Assembly: GCF_964204645.1 (NCBI RefSeq)
Contig: NC_134027.1
Location: forward strand, 24,142,560 to 24,206,559
DNA length: 64,000 bases
From: Tubulanus polymorphus
Lineage: Eukaryota > Animalia > Nemertea
Direction of reading: 5' to 3'
The translations under genes were made by a program, and so were the position numbers. Position 1 is the first letter of the stretch. Every line of letters starts with the position of its first letter. Positions 37,931 through 49,835 of the stretch are shown one piece after another. The notes under the pieces are model-generated. The model saw only the letters and a list, made by a program, of their open reading frames with translations, did no database searches and was not told the DNA's origin.

Positions 37931-38696
37931 GTACGTTTCATTATTGACGAACTAAACAAAACAACCTTTAGAATATTCATTTGCTTTCTCGAATTTAACC
38001 GATTTCACGAAAAGGTCGAACTATTAAATTTATTTTAGGTAAACCGTATTGACAAAGAGATTAACTTGATTTTAGAGTTAAGCCTTTTTGTGAAACAATA
38101 CTCAGGGCCCAGTTTCAACAAAAGGATTAAGGCCTAAATCGATTTAAGATAGACTGAATAAATGAAAAAATTAAATTGATTTATGAGTTAAACCTTGTCG
38201 TGAAACTGGACCCAGGGGTATAATTTTGAATTCTTAATTACCTCTCAGTACATTCTGACAACCTGTTCTGGCGCTCTACCAGGGCTGCTACTAGCATTTG
38301 AATGTTGGGGGGGCAAAGAAACCCGAAAAAGGGTTCTTCTGATAGGCCCTAACAAAAACTCTAAGGCCTATAATAAAATGCTTGTCAGTCCTAAATGAAG
38401 GATTCTACATTTGATTTCTATTGGATATAACAAAAATATTTACAAAAAGGGGCACTTTTCCCAAAATTCTGGAGGGAAACTGCCACCCGCTATGAACGGC
38501 CTTGTCTACCTATTCCGGAATCGCATAATCTGTAAACCTGATGCAAAGATGCCGGTAGAGAGTTTGTAATCCAGAATTGGTTGTCCTAATCAAGAAAATT
38601 TTTCATCTGAAACCTGTGTTAAAGTCTTCCTTGTTTTCTTTGATCCTAGTTTCTGTGAATGTACCTTCATCCGTTTTTTTGTGTTTTTTTTTGCAG

Positions 38697-38837
38697 CAAA
38701 GATCAAAATGCCGTCTGGTGAAACCATCGAGCCGAAAATTGAAGATAACAAGGACGGAACGGTGACCGTTCGTTTCACCCCGAGTGAAGTCGGACAACAC
38801 GATCTAACCGTCAAATATAACGACACACCGATTCAAG
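38697..38837 (+). CDS. FLN: Filamin exon, Ig16-equivalent
   Basis: ttgcAG|caaag...caag|GTaaga; KMPSGETIEPKIEDNKDGTVTVRFTP. Confidence 0.95.
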
Positions 38838-38861
38838 GTAAGATTCTCAGAAATCCATTTC

Positions 38862-39127
38862 TTAACCCTTTCAATGCTGACTAATTAATACCCTATAGTG
38901 CTGAAGATAATTTGAAAATTTTAAAAAATTCCACCCTAGTAATAACGGGAATACCACTATAGTGCGTCTACACCGCAGTGTAGTGTATCATTAGTTACTA
39001 GTATTTCACTATGTTTGACAGGTGCTGCCATTACTAATTACATTAATACACCACTGTGCGGTGTACTAGCAAAATCCATCACTGATTTATACACCGCACT
39101 GCAGTGTAGACGCACTGAAAGGGTTAA
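38862..39127. mobile_element. piggyBac-like MITE (TTAA target, CCCT ends)
   Basis: TTAAccctttcaatgc...gcactgaaagggTTAA; copies at 59292-59562 and ~49855-50180. Confidence 0.8.
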
Positions 39128-39839
39128 AGAGATCGTCATTCGTCAAAACTACGGATGTCGAGACACCGAGAAACTTCGCTACGACTCGCGAATAATGAAG
39201 AGTTAGATATAAGTCCCACAATCGCAAAGTTGAAAAGTTGAAAAATTATCAAAACATGAAGATTTATCTTTGAAAATCAGAATTTTCGGTTTTCCACTAA
39301 AAGCTATTATCTATTTCATTCCTGTGGGAATTTAACAAATTTTTTACCAAAAACCTAGAAATGGAATTTGGATAATGCTATTAACCATGTGTTTATCAGT
39401 ACATGATCCAATGAAAAATGAATGAATTGTAAGTAACATTTTAAATTTCTCTGATTCACTCCGGGAATTTTGTGTAATTTTATCAATTTCATTCCTCTGG
39501 GAAATTGACAAATTTTACCAAAAACCTAGAAAACTTGGAATTTGGATAATGCTATTAACCATGTGTTTGTCAGTGCATGATTCAATGAAAATTTATCCGA
39601 TTCACTTGGGGAATTTTATGTAATAACGTGGAAAAAAGCAGGGAAACACGGGATTTGTTAATGGGTGGAAAGTGGCCGCCCTGCTTAATACCGAGTGCTC
39701 GTCGAGGCATGTGTTGCAGATTCCCATTTACTTCGCGAATAATTTCATCCAAATCGAAATGCCCTTTATACACTCAGTAAGACCGGAATTCCAGAATTCG
39801 GTAATAAACAAAAATCTATTAACTGATTCTGATTGTGAT

Positions 39840-40130
39840 TTCGGGCGCGCGTAATTCGGGTTAAGAGCCATCGTCTCGAACTGCCTTAGAAATTTCAGTC
39901 TAATTCAACGACGACGATTGATTGCGTATTGTTCTCACGCTCGTTCGTAAGAAGTCGGGTTCTTTCCGCCCGCCCGAGACCTGAGTCAAATTCTAATGAA
40001 TCGATACGACTCGAAATCAACAGTCGACGCGGCGTAGACGTACGGAGACAATTCGAGGAACGGAGTTTATTTTTCGACGCCCGCCGATTCTACGTACCGT
40101 TTACTGGTTTCGCGTTTTTGGATTTAAATC
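39840..40130 (+). promoter_or_regulatory. Putative promoter upstream of the giant exon
   Basis: CpG-rich patch with ccgcccgccc GC boxes (~39966-39975) and TGAGTCA (39982-39988), ~700 bp upstream of ATG 40696. Confidence 0.35.
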
Positions 40131-40317
40131 TGAAGATGTTACTTCATCCAAGTTACTACGGAATTATAGATTAGTTGATAATAAGTGAAAAGCTTAGTTC
40201 ATAATCATAAATCTGGAAACATCAGTCCCTGTAATGTCGTTGGACTAATTTTCAACAGATCTTTAGAAAACTTCAGGACCTATTACGTAATTGGAGTTAT
40301 TTTCAACAGATCTTTAG

Positions 40318-40560
40318 AGCACTCATTCGGAACGAATCGGTTCTTCATCTACAAATGTGGTGAAGAAATCTTCTACGGTTGAAGTCATCGAAACGAAGTT
40401 CGACTTCGAGTCTACTCAACCACAGAGTCGCAGATTTTTCAGTCCTGATAAAAGTGTCCGTAATCCTTATTTTGAGAGATATTCAAGTCATTCGAGACCT
40501 GAAAAGTCATCTTTCACATTTACGGAGACGAAATCAAGCTCTCAGGATATTCTTAGTTGA
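40318..40560 (+). pseudogene. Degenerate upstream duplicate of part of the giant exon
   Basis: STHSERIGSSSTNVVKKSSTVEVIETKFDFESTQP...YFERYSSHSRPEKSS matches STRTERTGSSSLNAAERSSTVEVIESKSDFESTRP... at ~41533-41790; stop at 40558. Confidence 0.7.
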
Positions 40561-40695
40561 TTTCGATTATTTCGTCAGTTTTCGAAATTTTTCGCTATTA
40601 TTTCGAAATTTCGAGACCTTTTCTCTTCGGACGAACTCGGGCTATTGAATCTTTAATCAACTTTTTCTCGAAAGATTGAAAGCTCGAGATCGACC

Positions 40696-43600
40696 ATGAG
40701 TTACTACGAGAGGTATGTTTCACGAGGTGATAGAGGTACGATGGGGAGTTCGTCGGTGTACAACGCATCGCACGGCGGTCGAGCGACGAATTTCGAAATT
40801 TCCCGCAACGATCGAAATTCCGATTTACGTCTGACGAACGGTATTAATGAAAGTTCGGAAAGGTCAACGCTTACCGATAGATATCAAACGGGAAAGAGTT
40901 ACCATTCGTCGTCCGGATTCGAGACCGGAATCGAGACCGGATCGGACATTACCGCCGGCTCGAGCCTCGGTGTCCAGTCGCTAGTGAAAACCGCGTCGAG
41001 AAGTTCGAGTCCCGTTCCGGCCGGCAGTCGCATCATAAAAATCAAAGAACGGACGACGACGTACAGCGTTCCGGACTCGAACTCCGGCGCGGAAAAAACC
41101 GAAGACGTCACCGAGATCGTCGACGTAAAGAGTAAACCGGCCGCATACGCGAATTCCGGTTCGTCGGGTTATCTAACGTCGAGGAGGATGTTGAGTCCGG
41201 AAAGAAGTCCGTCGTCGTATCTGGAGAGGTACGCGTCGTCGTCCTATAACGGCGAGAGTTCACCGTCGAGATACAACCACAGCTCCGGTTACGTACGCTC
41301 CAATTATGAAAGTAAGTCGTCTGCTGTGGCGAGTCCAGTAACCTCGACAACATCGACAGAAACAACCATGTCTAGAAGTTGGGAGACCGGGGTCAGTGGT
41401 GGCAGTGCTGCTGCTGGGCACTCGTATCTGGAAAGGTATTCCAGTCCGGCGAGGTCTTCAACCGAAGTGACCGTGACTGAAACAACGTCCGGTCTCGAGT
41501 CGGCCCGACCGACTGAAACCGCTTCAACTTCTAGCACTCGTACGGAAAGAACTGGTTCCTCATCTCTGAACGCGGCGGAGCGATCTTCGACGGTTGAAGT
41601 CATCGAAAGCAAGTCCGACTTTGAGTCGACTCGACCGCTTTCGAGTAATTCATCGGAGTCGCGGCGTTTGAGTCCCGAAATAAGCGGCAGTTCGTATCTG
41701 GAGCGATATTCGAGAAGTCACAGCCCGGAAAAGAAGTCGTCGACTGTCGTAGTTACGGAGAAGAAATCGACCTTGGAGTCGACTCAACCGAGGCAATCGA
41801 ATTATTTCGAGGGACGGACTTTGAGTAGTGATAGAAGTGGCGGTAGTTCTTATCTTGAAAGATATTCAAGTCCTGAAGAATCAACTTTCACAGTTACGGA
41901 GACAAAGTCAACCTTAGAGTCGACTCAACCACAGTCGAGTTATTCGGAGTCACGGATTTTGAATCCTGAAAAGTCGTCGACTGTAACCGTTACCGAAACC
42001 CGGTCCACCGGTGACGACGTGAAACCTCTTCGTTCGGAGTTCAGTTATTCAGCACCAGGTGGCGCTGCTCGCGCCGAAAAGTCGGAAATCTCATCGGTGA
42101 CAGAATCAACGAATCGTAGGATCGGTTATCTCGCATCGAGGGCGTTTAGTCCGACGAGAAGTTCGTATCTGGATCGATACTCGATTCACAGCCCGATTAC
42201 GAATTCTTCTTCGACCGTCGAAGTCGTGGAAACAAAACGAGACACGACGAATTTGAATCCGACTGAATCGGAAACGCGGTCGGTTACCGAATCGACGAAA
42301 CCGATTCAGGCGTATTCGTCTCGTAGTTTGAGTCCGAGAAGTTGGTATCAGCAGCGCTTTTCGAGAAACCCGATGGAATCGTCAACATTCGCCGAGAGTT
42401 CGTCCAATTTCAATTCATCTTTATTATCGGAGCAATCGACGGCGGAACAGCCGGAAAGATCATCGACTTTCACACTTACCGAGACAGAATCCACTGTAGA
42501 GTCGACTCCACAGCAGTCGAGTTATTTGGAGTCACGAACTTCGAGTCCTGAAAGAGGAGGCAGTTCTTATCTGGAGCGCTATTCAAGAAGTCAGAGTCCT
42601 GAAAAGTCGTCAACTCTAACAGTTATGGAAACAAAATCCACTGTAGAGTCGACTCCACAGCAGTCGAGTTATTTGGAGTCACGGACTTTGAGTCCTGAAA
42701 GAGGAAGCAGTTCTTATCTGGAGCGCTATTCAAGAAGTCGGAGTCCTGAAAAGTCGTCAACTCTAACAGTTACGGAAACAAATTCCACTGTAGAGTCGAC
42801 TCCACAGCAGTCGAGTTATTTGGAGTCACGGACTTTGAGTCCTGAAAGAGGAGGCAGTTCTTATCTGGAGCGCTATTCAAGAAGTCGGAGTCCTGAAAAG
42901 TCGTCGACTATAACAGTTACGGAAACAAAATCCACTGTAGAGTCGACTCCACAGCAGTCAAGTTATTTGGAGTCACGGACTCTGAGTCCTGAAAGAGGAG
43001 GCAGTTCTTATCTGGAGCGTTATTCAAGAAGTCAGACTCCTGAAAAGTCGTCAACTATAACAGTTACGGAAACTAAATCCACTGTAGAGTCGACTCCACA
43101 GCAGTCGAGTTACTTGGAGTCAGGGGCTTTGAGTCCTACTACTACAAGCGGCAGATCATATCTCGAAAGATTTTCAAGTCCCCAAAGGTCGTCGACTTTA
43201 ACCGTTACGGAGAAAACTTCGAATACGGAATTGGAAGAACCTGCTCGGGCTGGTTACCCGGAGGCACGTGGGCTTAGGGCGACTGGAAGTCCAGCTCTTT
43301 CAGATACAATCGTTACGGAAGCAACAATAGAATCAAAACCGCCGATTTCTTATGTGGATAGATATTACAGGCGAGCACCGGAACATCTCATAGTGGAAAA
43401 GAAAACCCTGACAGAGTCTCCAGTACACCTCGTTGCGGAGAAGGAAACAGTAACAGAGTCTCTGGAGCACCTGGTTGTGGAAAAGACGACCCCGGTAACA
43501 GAGTCTCCGGAGCACCTGGTCGTGGAGAAGACAACTGCGACTGAGTCTCCACAATACCTCATCGTAGAAGAGACAACCACAGTAACAGAGTCTCCTCGTA

Positions 43601-45586
43601 ACATCAGCCCATCGTTTACTAACACGACTGAATCGACCTTGACCTCGTACGACTTGACGGGATCTCGAAGCGGAGAACGAACTCCGGTTAAACCGGAGCC
43701 CTCGGTTTCGTCGTACTCGCAATCGTCCGACATCAGCTCCGACGCTCCGATCAACGAGATACAACGGATTCGCGAAACCGAAACGCGAACCATCACCGAA
43801 GAGCGTAAGGATTTCCTCACGCCCGATTACGTGCCGTCAAGCGGTAGGAAAATTTACACTGTTAACAGGAGCCCGAGTCCAGCAGTAGCCGATCGAGTCA
43901 CCGTGGAACAGAGGACACGAGCTGTTAGTCCGCAAGTTCTCAGAGTGCGCGGCCGCGAACAGAAAAAACAACGCAGTCCAAAACTCATTCGAGTACATCG
44001 CAGTCCAAGTCCTAATGTTGTTAGGGTACATCGCGGTCCGAGTCCAAATGTGGTCAGGATACACCGCAGTCCTAGCCCAGTTATAGTGCATCGTAGTCCT
44101 AGTCCTAATGTGGTTAAGGTTCATGGTGGTCAAAGTCCTAAAGTAGTTAGGGTGCATCGCAGTCCAAGTCCGGTTATAGTGCATCGTAGTCCTAGTCCTA
44201 ATGTGGTTAGGGTTCATCGTGGTCCAAGTCCTAAAGTAGTTAGGGTGCATCGCAGTCCAAGTCCGGTTAAAGTGCATCGTAGTCCTAGTCCTAATGTGGT
44301 TAGGGTAAATCGCAGTCCAAGTCCAAAAGTAGTCAGGGTACATCCCAAGCCAAGTCCAATCAGGGTGCATCGCAGTCCAAGTCCGATCAAGGTTCATCGC
44401 AGTCCGAGTCCAAATGTGGTTCGGTTACATCGTAGTCCGAGTCCAAGAGCGGAAAGAAAAGTCATTCAAGTCCAACAGCATTCCGAACCTCTTCACGTGG
44501 CATCGGAAAATATTTTACAAGCGCAGCGAAGTCCGAAAATAGTACACGTACAAAAGCAGGACGTGAGCCCGGCGAGAACGCGAAAACACAAACATAAAAA
44601 ACATCGTAAAGAAAAGAAAATATTCGCGGTTCATCGATCGAGGTGGAATGAACCCGCGGTTCTAGCGGACGACGGATCGACGGTCGAAGAGAAAATAGTA
44701 CAAATACGATATAAAGACGAACCGGACGTCGTGAAGTCAGAGGTGAGGAGAGTGCGACGCGTAGAACCGGCGGTTTTTACAACGGTCGCCGAGCCGGTTG
44801 TACATCAGCTGAACGGTGAACCCGGGGTCGTGTTTAGCGGCGCACCGGGACGAGTTCATTTACAGAGAAGCGTAACGCCGGTGAATTCAGGTCACAGAGT
44901 CATCCGTATTCATCGCACGCCCGAAGCAACGCTGTCGACTCGAAGAGGAATCGACGTGCAGTCCGCGCCATCTCCGAATTTTTCGGAATTTCAGCATCGC
45001 TTTGTTACGACGCAACGGCGGATCGAGCCGCAGCAGGTCGTGCAGGTCGAACGAAGCGTCAGCTCGCAACAACCGCAGCAGGTCGTGCAGGTCGAACGAA
45101 GCGTCAGCTCGCAACATCCGCAGCAGGTCGTGCAGGTTGAACGTAGCGTCGGCTCGCAACAACAACAACCTGTCGTGCGGGTCGAACGAAGCGTCAGCTC
45201 GCAACAACAACAACCGGTCGTGCGGGTCGAACGAAGCGTCAGCTCGCAACAACAACAACCGGTCGGCATCATGAAACAAGATGCAGTAATTCCGAAAACA
45301 GAACACGCGAAACTGGAAACGAGCACGAAGGAGTCTCACCACCACCGCGTTATGACTACGTCTACCGCCGCCGTATCGCCGTCTCCGTCCAACAGAGGGC
45401 GCAGTCCGTTCCGTTGGAAGAAAAAGAAGAAAAACAAGACGAAAAACGACCACAAACGACGCAGAGAGTTCATCGAAGAATACGCGTTCACTAATAGTAC
45501 GAGCGCCGATAACGGCGTGAAAAAATATTCAGCGATGAATAGCTACGTGCCTAAAGCTACTGCTGGGTTAGATAGCCCGCTTAAAG
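40696..45586 (+). CDS. FLN: Giant alternative first coding exon of filamin (1630 codons, low-complexity, repetitive)
   Basis: 4.9-kb uninterrupted ORF from accATGa; aaag|GTatat donor 20 nt before the ORF end, phase 1, matching the acceptor at 46119; in-frame stop upstream at 40654. Confidence 0.78.
42454..43210 (+). repeat. Coding 147-bp (49-aa) tandem repeat, about 5 copies
   Basis: tccactgtagagtcgactccacag at 42490, 42637, 42784, 42931, 43078. Confidence 0.95.
43972..44445 (+). repeat. Coding VHRSPSP(N/K)VVR repeats
   Basis: More than 15 short units in the ORF translation. Confidence 0.92.
45028..45265 (+). repeat. Coding QQVVQVERSVSSQQ repeats, about 5 copies
   Basis: gtcgtgcaggtcgaacgaagcgtcagctcgcaacaa repeated. 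Confidence 0.92.
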
Positions 45587-45679
45587 GTATATTCTATATA
45601 CATTAATGATACAGGCTCCGGCTATAAGCTATTTTTAACTGCTAGTTGAACCCCAGCGCGGAGTTGGACGGTTGACCGA

Positions 45680-45940
45680 ATTGGTCTTTAAGATTGTTTT
45701 TAGAACTAGAATGAGCTTAGACCGGTTTATATATGTTAGATTGGTAATAGAACCAAAATGAGCTTAGACCGGTCTTAAGTTGTTAGATTGGCTTTAGAAC
45801 CAAAATGAGCTTAGACTGGTCTTAAGTTGTCAGATTTTCTCTAGATCTGACATGAGCTTAGAAAGGTCTTCAGGTGTTAGATCTGCTTTAGAACCAAAAT
45901 GGGCTCAGACTTGGCTTAAATTTTTAGATTGCCTATGAAA
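45680..45940. repeat. ~47-bp tandem repeat family copy
   Basis: agaaccaaaatgagcttagac.ggtcttaagttgttagattgg repeated about 5 times. Confidence 0.85.
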
Positions 45941-46118
45941 CTCATTGTCTTAAAGGCTATGAAATTGGTCCCCAGTTTTCGTCATTACAAATTTTCTGTT
46001 CAGAAAGTATCCTTGTTCATTTGAAGTAGCCCCTTGAAAATTCCTATATTCACAGTGATAAAGCAATATCGAAGACAAATTAATTAAATGTTGGCCATCT
46101 TGTTTTTGTATATTACAG

Positions 46119-46247
46119 GTAGCCCGTTCAAGTTCCACGTGGATGCCGTTGATAGTGGATATGTAACCGCGTACGGTCCTGGTTTGAGTCATGGTATGGC
46201 TGGAGAGCCTGCCACCTTCAGTATCAACACTAAACATGCTGGACAAG
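46119..46247 (+). CDS. FLN: Filamin exon, Ig16 end / Ig17 start
   Basis: ttacAG|gtagcc...caag|GTatgt; GSPFKFHVDAVDSGYVTAYGPGLSHG. Confidence 0.95.
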
Positions 46248-48399
46248 GTATGTTCATTCTTGTTGAAAATAAGTCATGAGGCCTGTTTTATCCAAAGTCC
46301 GCGAACAGAGAATTCCAGAATTGGTAGACACCAATCGAAACCTGCCTTTGTATTGATTTTGGTAGGGCAGTTTAAGTAGTATTCATTGTTTGGAAAACAA
46401 TGATATGTTATGAGCTGAAATTCCCTGAAAATCTACTGGAAGGACGTGGAAATTTTTGATTCCACGTAGGAGCGAAATTGGTGTGAAGTGTTGTTTTCAA
46501 AGTTCGGAGTCAAGGGTGACATTGCGTGTTGAAATGTGTGGGGATTGGCTCGTCTTGAAATTTATTTGGCTGTTATGCTAGAATTCATATTGGGGCAGGT
46601 ATATGATTTTAGAGGGAAATTCAAAGGCTGATCTAAGAAACAATATTTTGTGGAATGGGGAAGGACATCCCCTTGCCACCCCCCTTCTGGTTATTTTTTT
46701 ATCTTAAAATAGGGAATTTCCCCTGTTATTTATTTGGCTGGTAAATTTCGTTTGACTTTTTGATTGAGTGTCCCATACAGACCCACCACACCTGCCGGGA
46801 GCGAAACAGGGGGTTTGATTTTGAAATCGGAAATCGAAGTACAAATATAGTTGTGTGATCGGCGGTCGAGTTAACAGAATTTTTTTTTTTTAAATCTAAG
46901 TACATAATTGGAAATTCGGTTCCGGTTCCGGTTCTTTCAAACAATCTTCCATTCAGTCTGAACCCTTCTGGTTATTAGGTTGATCTATGCGAGCGGGTTA
47001 TCGTATTTCGATATTTCGGGTGAATAATATTTGTCAGGGGTGTGTCTGAGTGGGGCTCGTTCGCTTGTAATAATAGTAATTAAGTAAGTCAATGAGTTGT
47101 ATGAACTTAGTTATTAATTCTAGCAGTGTCTTTCTCTCTCTGTCTGATACTTGAAAATTTATTCAACGCCGAGCCCGTTCTCTCGATGTTTTCCTTCGCG
47201 TAATGTTTTTAGCCGATTTTTAGTGCGATCGTGAACGTATTCGAAGCATTCCGTTCTTTATTATCTGAAGTGTAAAAATCGTTTTTTTTATACCCCAACG
47301 TACGTACTTTATGAACTTTGAATTACTTTTTTAAACAACCGCGGAAAAATTACGTCTTGACGTTTTAAGACTCATCTTCATCAAGTTTATCTTACAGCTC
47401 GTAATGATTAACGATCGCAATTTGAAAAGCCTATACAAGATTGGCAATGCAGAAAATCAAAATCTTCTGGCAGGAATTTGTTTCGTTTATGATAAAATGG
47501 CAACGTTTTACCTTCAGTGCGATCTCAATCCTGGTAGTAAAGGTCTTCGTAGTAACAAATTATTTCCAAATTATAATTTGTGTATCAATTACAAATTGGT
47601 TGTTTTTTTTTTCCTTAATGAATTTGCTAACTATAAAATGAATTTGATTTTCTCAAATTTTCCAAAATTGTCTAGAAAAAGTTGCCGCTAAGCAGAATTT
47701 AGAAATCATATTAACTGATAAAGTGATGTTCATTTTTCTCGAATGAACTTTCTTCGAAACATTTCAAGCGGCGCTGTTGATACGAGGAATTATTTTTTCA
47801 AGTCTTCGTCATAAATCTTTTAAAAATGAAGTCAAGATAATGAAACTTCTGAAGTCTTTACGAATCTGGTTCAAAACGACGTTTGCCTGCGTGTCAAGTG
47901 TGGGTGTTTTGCCGAAATGATTTTTGGGTGGATTCGACAATGATTTTCATACCGACGAATACGATAAACACTTGATGACTATAAAAGCTGAGTATTAGGT
48001 ATGGGTACGTTTCTGTAAGGCCAGGCAAACCACAAGCTTGGACCTATGAGGTGAATAACGTGAAAAATTGTGAATTCGATGTCTGCTTAAAAAGTTATGA
48101 AAAATCTGTGAAAATCCATGAAAATCTGTGAAAATTCGAGAAAAGTGTCTGTCAAAATATTTTGTCCCTGTTAACGTCAAGGAACTCAGAATTTATGCAC
48201 AAGTTGTGTTTAAAGTTTAAGAAATTGCAGTTGCGGCACAATTGTGTCTTGAGTCCCCGTTTGAAACTTGGTATCAAGTTGTTAGCGTTTCAAAATAGTA
48301 TTAATTCTAAGCCTTGACAGCACTGTACATACATGCTTTGGTCACATAATCACCGAACTTTATTTTTCTATTTATTCTATTCATGTATTAATTTTGTAG

Positions 48400-48417
48400 C
48401 CGATCTGGGATTTGCAG
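48400..48417 (+). CDS. FLN: Candidate 18-nt microexon (ADLGFA) in Ig17
   Basis: T-rich tract then ttgtAG|ccgatctgggatttgcag|GTattg; phase 1-1, open. Confidence 0.45.
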
Positions 48418-48738
48418 GTATTGTTAGACGTATATTTATTGCAGGCCACGTGTTCACTCAAACGCTGCATTCACGGGATTTCGCGAGCGAAAAATTCCGC
48501 TGAAATATTTTTTTTCGAAAACCTGTGAATTAGTGTTCGATATAATCTTCTCACTTATAAACAAGTAACTGATTACTATAAATGCAGCCGATAGTTCATA
48601 ATATTCTAATACGATAGAAAGATTGCCATCTAATATATCAGATATTTTGCTTGTATATGTATCGCTTTGCCGAATTGATAGCAATCATACAGAATATGAA
48701 TATGATTATTGGATAATGGACAAAAACCAATTTTCTTT

Positions 48739-49115
48739 GGAGCAGTGTGGGCGAGTGGTTAGAGGGTTGCACTCTGGGATGTCAGGTCATGGGTTCGAAC
48801 CCCGTACATTGCCGTAGTGTCCCCGACATTGCACTTATTCCCATTACCTAATGGGTACCAGGGGCCGGTTGCATAGTCATGGCTTAGACTTAAGACCAGT
48901 CTAAGACCAACTTAGTTCTATAGCTAATCTAACAACTTAACACCAGTCTTAAGATTTAAGACCACTTTTGGGCTTAAGTCACGACTGTGCAACTGGCCCC
49001 TGGTCTGATAGATGGCCCCTGAGCGCTTAGTAATAGCTCGGAGGTCACTTCTCTCCGGGGAGAGATGACTGATACAAAGTTACGTATACAGACTAGGGGT
49101 TATAATACCAATCGT
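48739..49115 (+). mobile_element. tRNA-derived SINE interrupted by a MITE
   Basis: A box TGGGCGAGTGG, B box GGTTCGAACCC, then aatgggtacc core; sequence continues after the insertion. Confidence 0.65.
48859..49002. mobile_element. MITE (family B) with TIR caggggccggttgca/tgcaactggcccctg
   Basis: Terminal inverted repeats; contains one unit of the ~47-bp repeat in reverse orientation. Confidence 0.8.
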
Positions 49116-49764
49116 ATAGTTATGTTATTGATAACATTCATTGTTGATATCGGACACTTTTAATACTCTACAAATTATTCTTGCTATTGAAACCAGTCTT
49201 AATTTGTTATACAAGATTTTTTGATAGATGAGCTAAGACTGGTCTTTAACTTCAGCGGGGCCATGGGGCATAATAACTCTCTGACATTTTGCTGTCCGTT
49301 AATTTTGATTTTGCTGTACTATCTAATAATAACGCAAACCCGAAGATGTGTACATGAATATCACACTGTAACTGCACCTTTGGGGCTGGTTCCATTGAGT
49401 TGAATACTTTTCTTTCCTTTTCTAACAAAAGATGTCTTAATAGCGTGAAACCGGGTCCCAACCTTAAATGTTAAACTAGAACTATCCGTTGTTGCTGTAT
49501 GGAATAAGTTTGTGTGAAATTTGGAATAATCATTCTTATGGACAAATCTAAATTTTCCCGAATCTGGCCCCTTGTTGATGTCTAGATTCGCATTATAAAT
49601 CACAACTCTGTTGTAAAACTGTGACTAAATCCATCCTCCTTTGTAGGGATTTGAACCCGATGGCATCATTAGACTACCATTACCCTACTTTAAGGTTTGA
49701 AAACCCATGTTGCCGCGCAAATGTGACAAGAAGCTGTATAGCTACTGGTCAAGTGGACTAGTGT

Positions 49765-49835
49765 TCTATTGGCCTCCTGGTTTGCACGCTTGCTTTCTAT
49801 GTACGAGACCCGGGTTCGATCCCCGGTGAGCGCGT
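49765..49835 (+). mobile_element. tRNA-like SINE head or tRNA pseudogene
   Basis: TGGCCTCCTGG...ccggGTTCGATCcccgg T-arm; anticodon arm poorly paired. Confidence 0.5.

Noticed and set aside
40712-40718. Strong donor AG|GTATGT 17 nt after the giant exon ATG
   Set aside because: Phase 2, with no matching phase-2 acceptor among the downstream filamin exons in the window; it cannot be excluded without RNA data.
40696-45606. Giant ORF as a transposon or viral gene
   Set aside because: No RT, integrase, transposase or capsid motifs, no TIR/LTR, and an in-phase donor to the next filamin exon.
47040-48005. Donor-like sites at ~47083 (GTAAGT) and 47999 (GTATGG) as extra coding exons
   Set aside because: Stops in all three frames just before 47999 and no clear acceptor; could only be non-coding, with insufficient support.
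49765-49835. Functional tRNA gene (also 34385-34452 and 48739-48810)
   Set aside because: Only A/B boxes and a T-arm are recognisable; the other stems do not pair, so treated as SINE heads.
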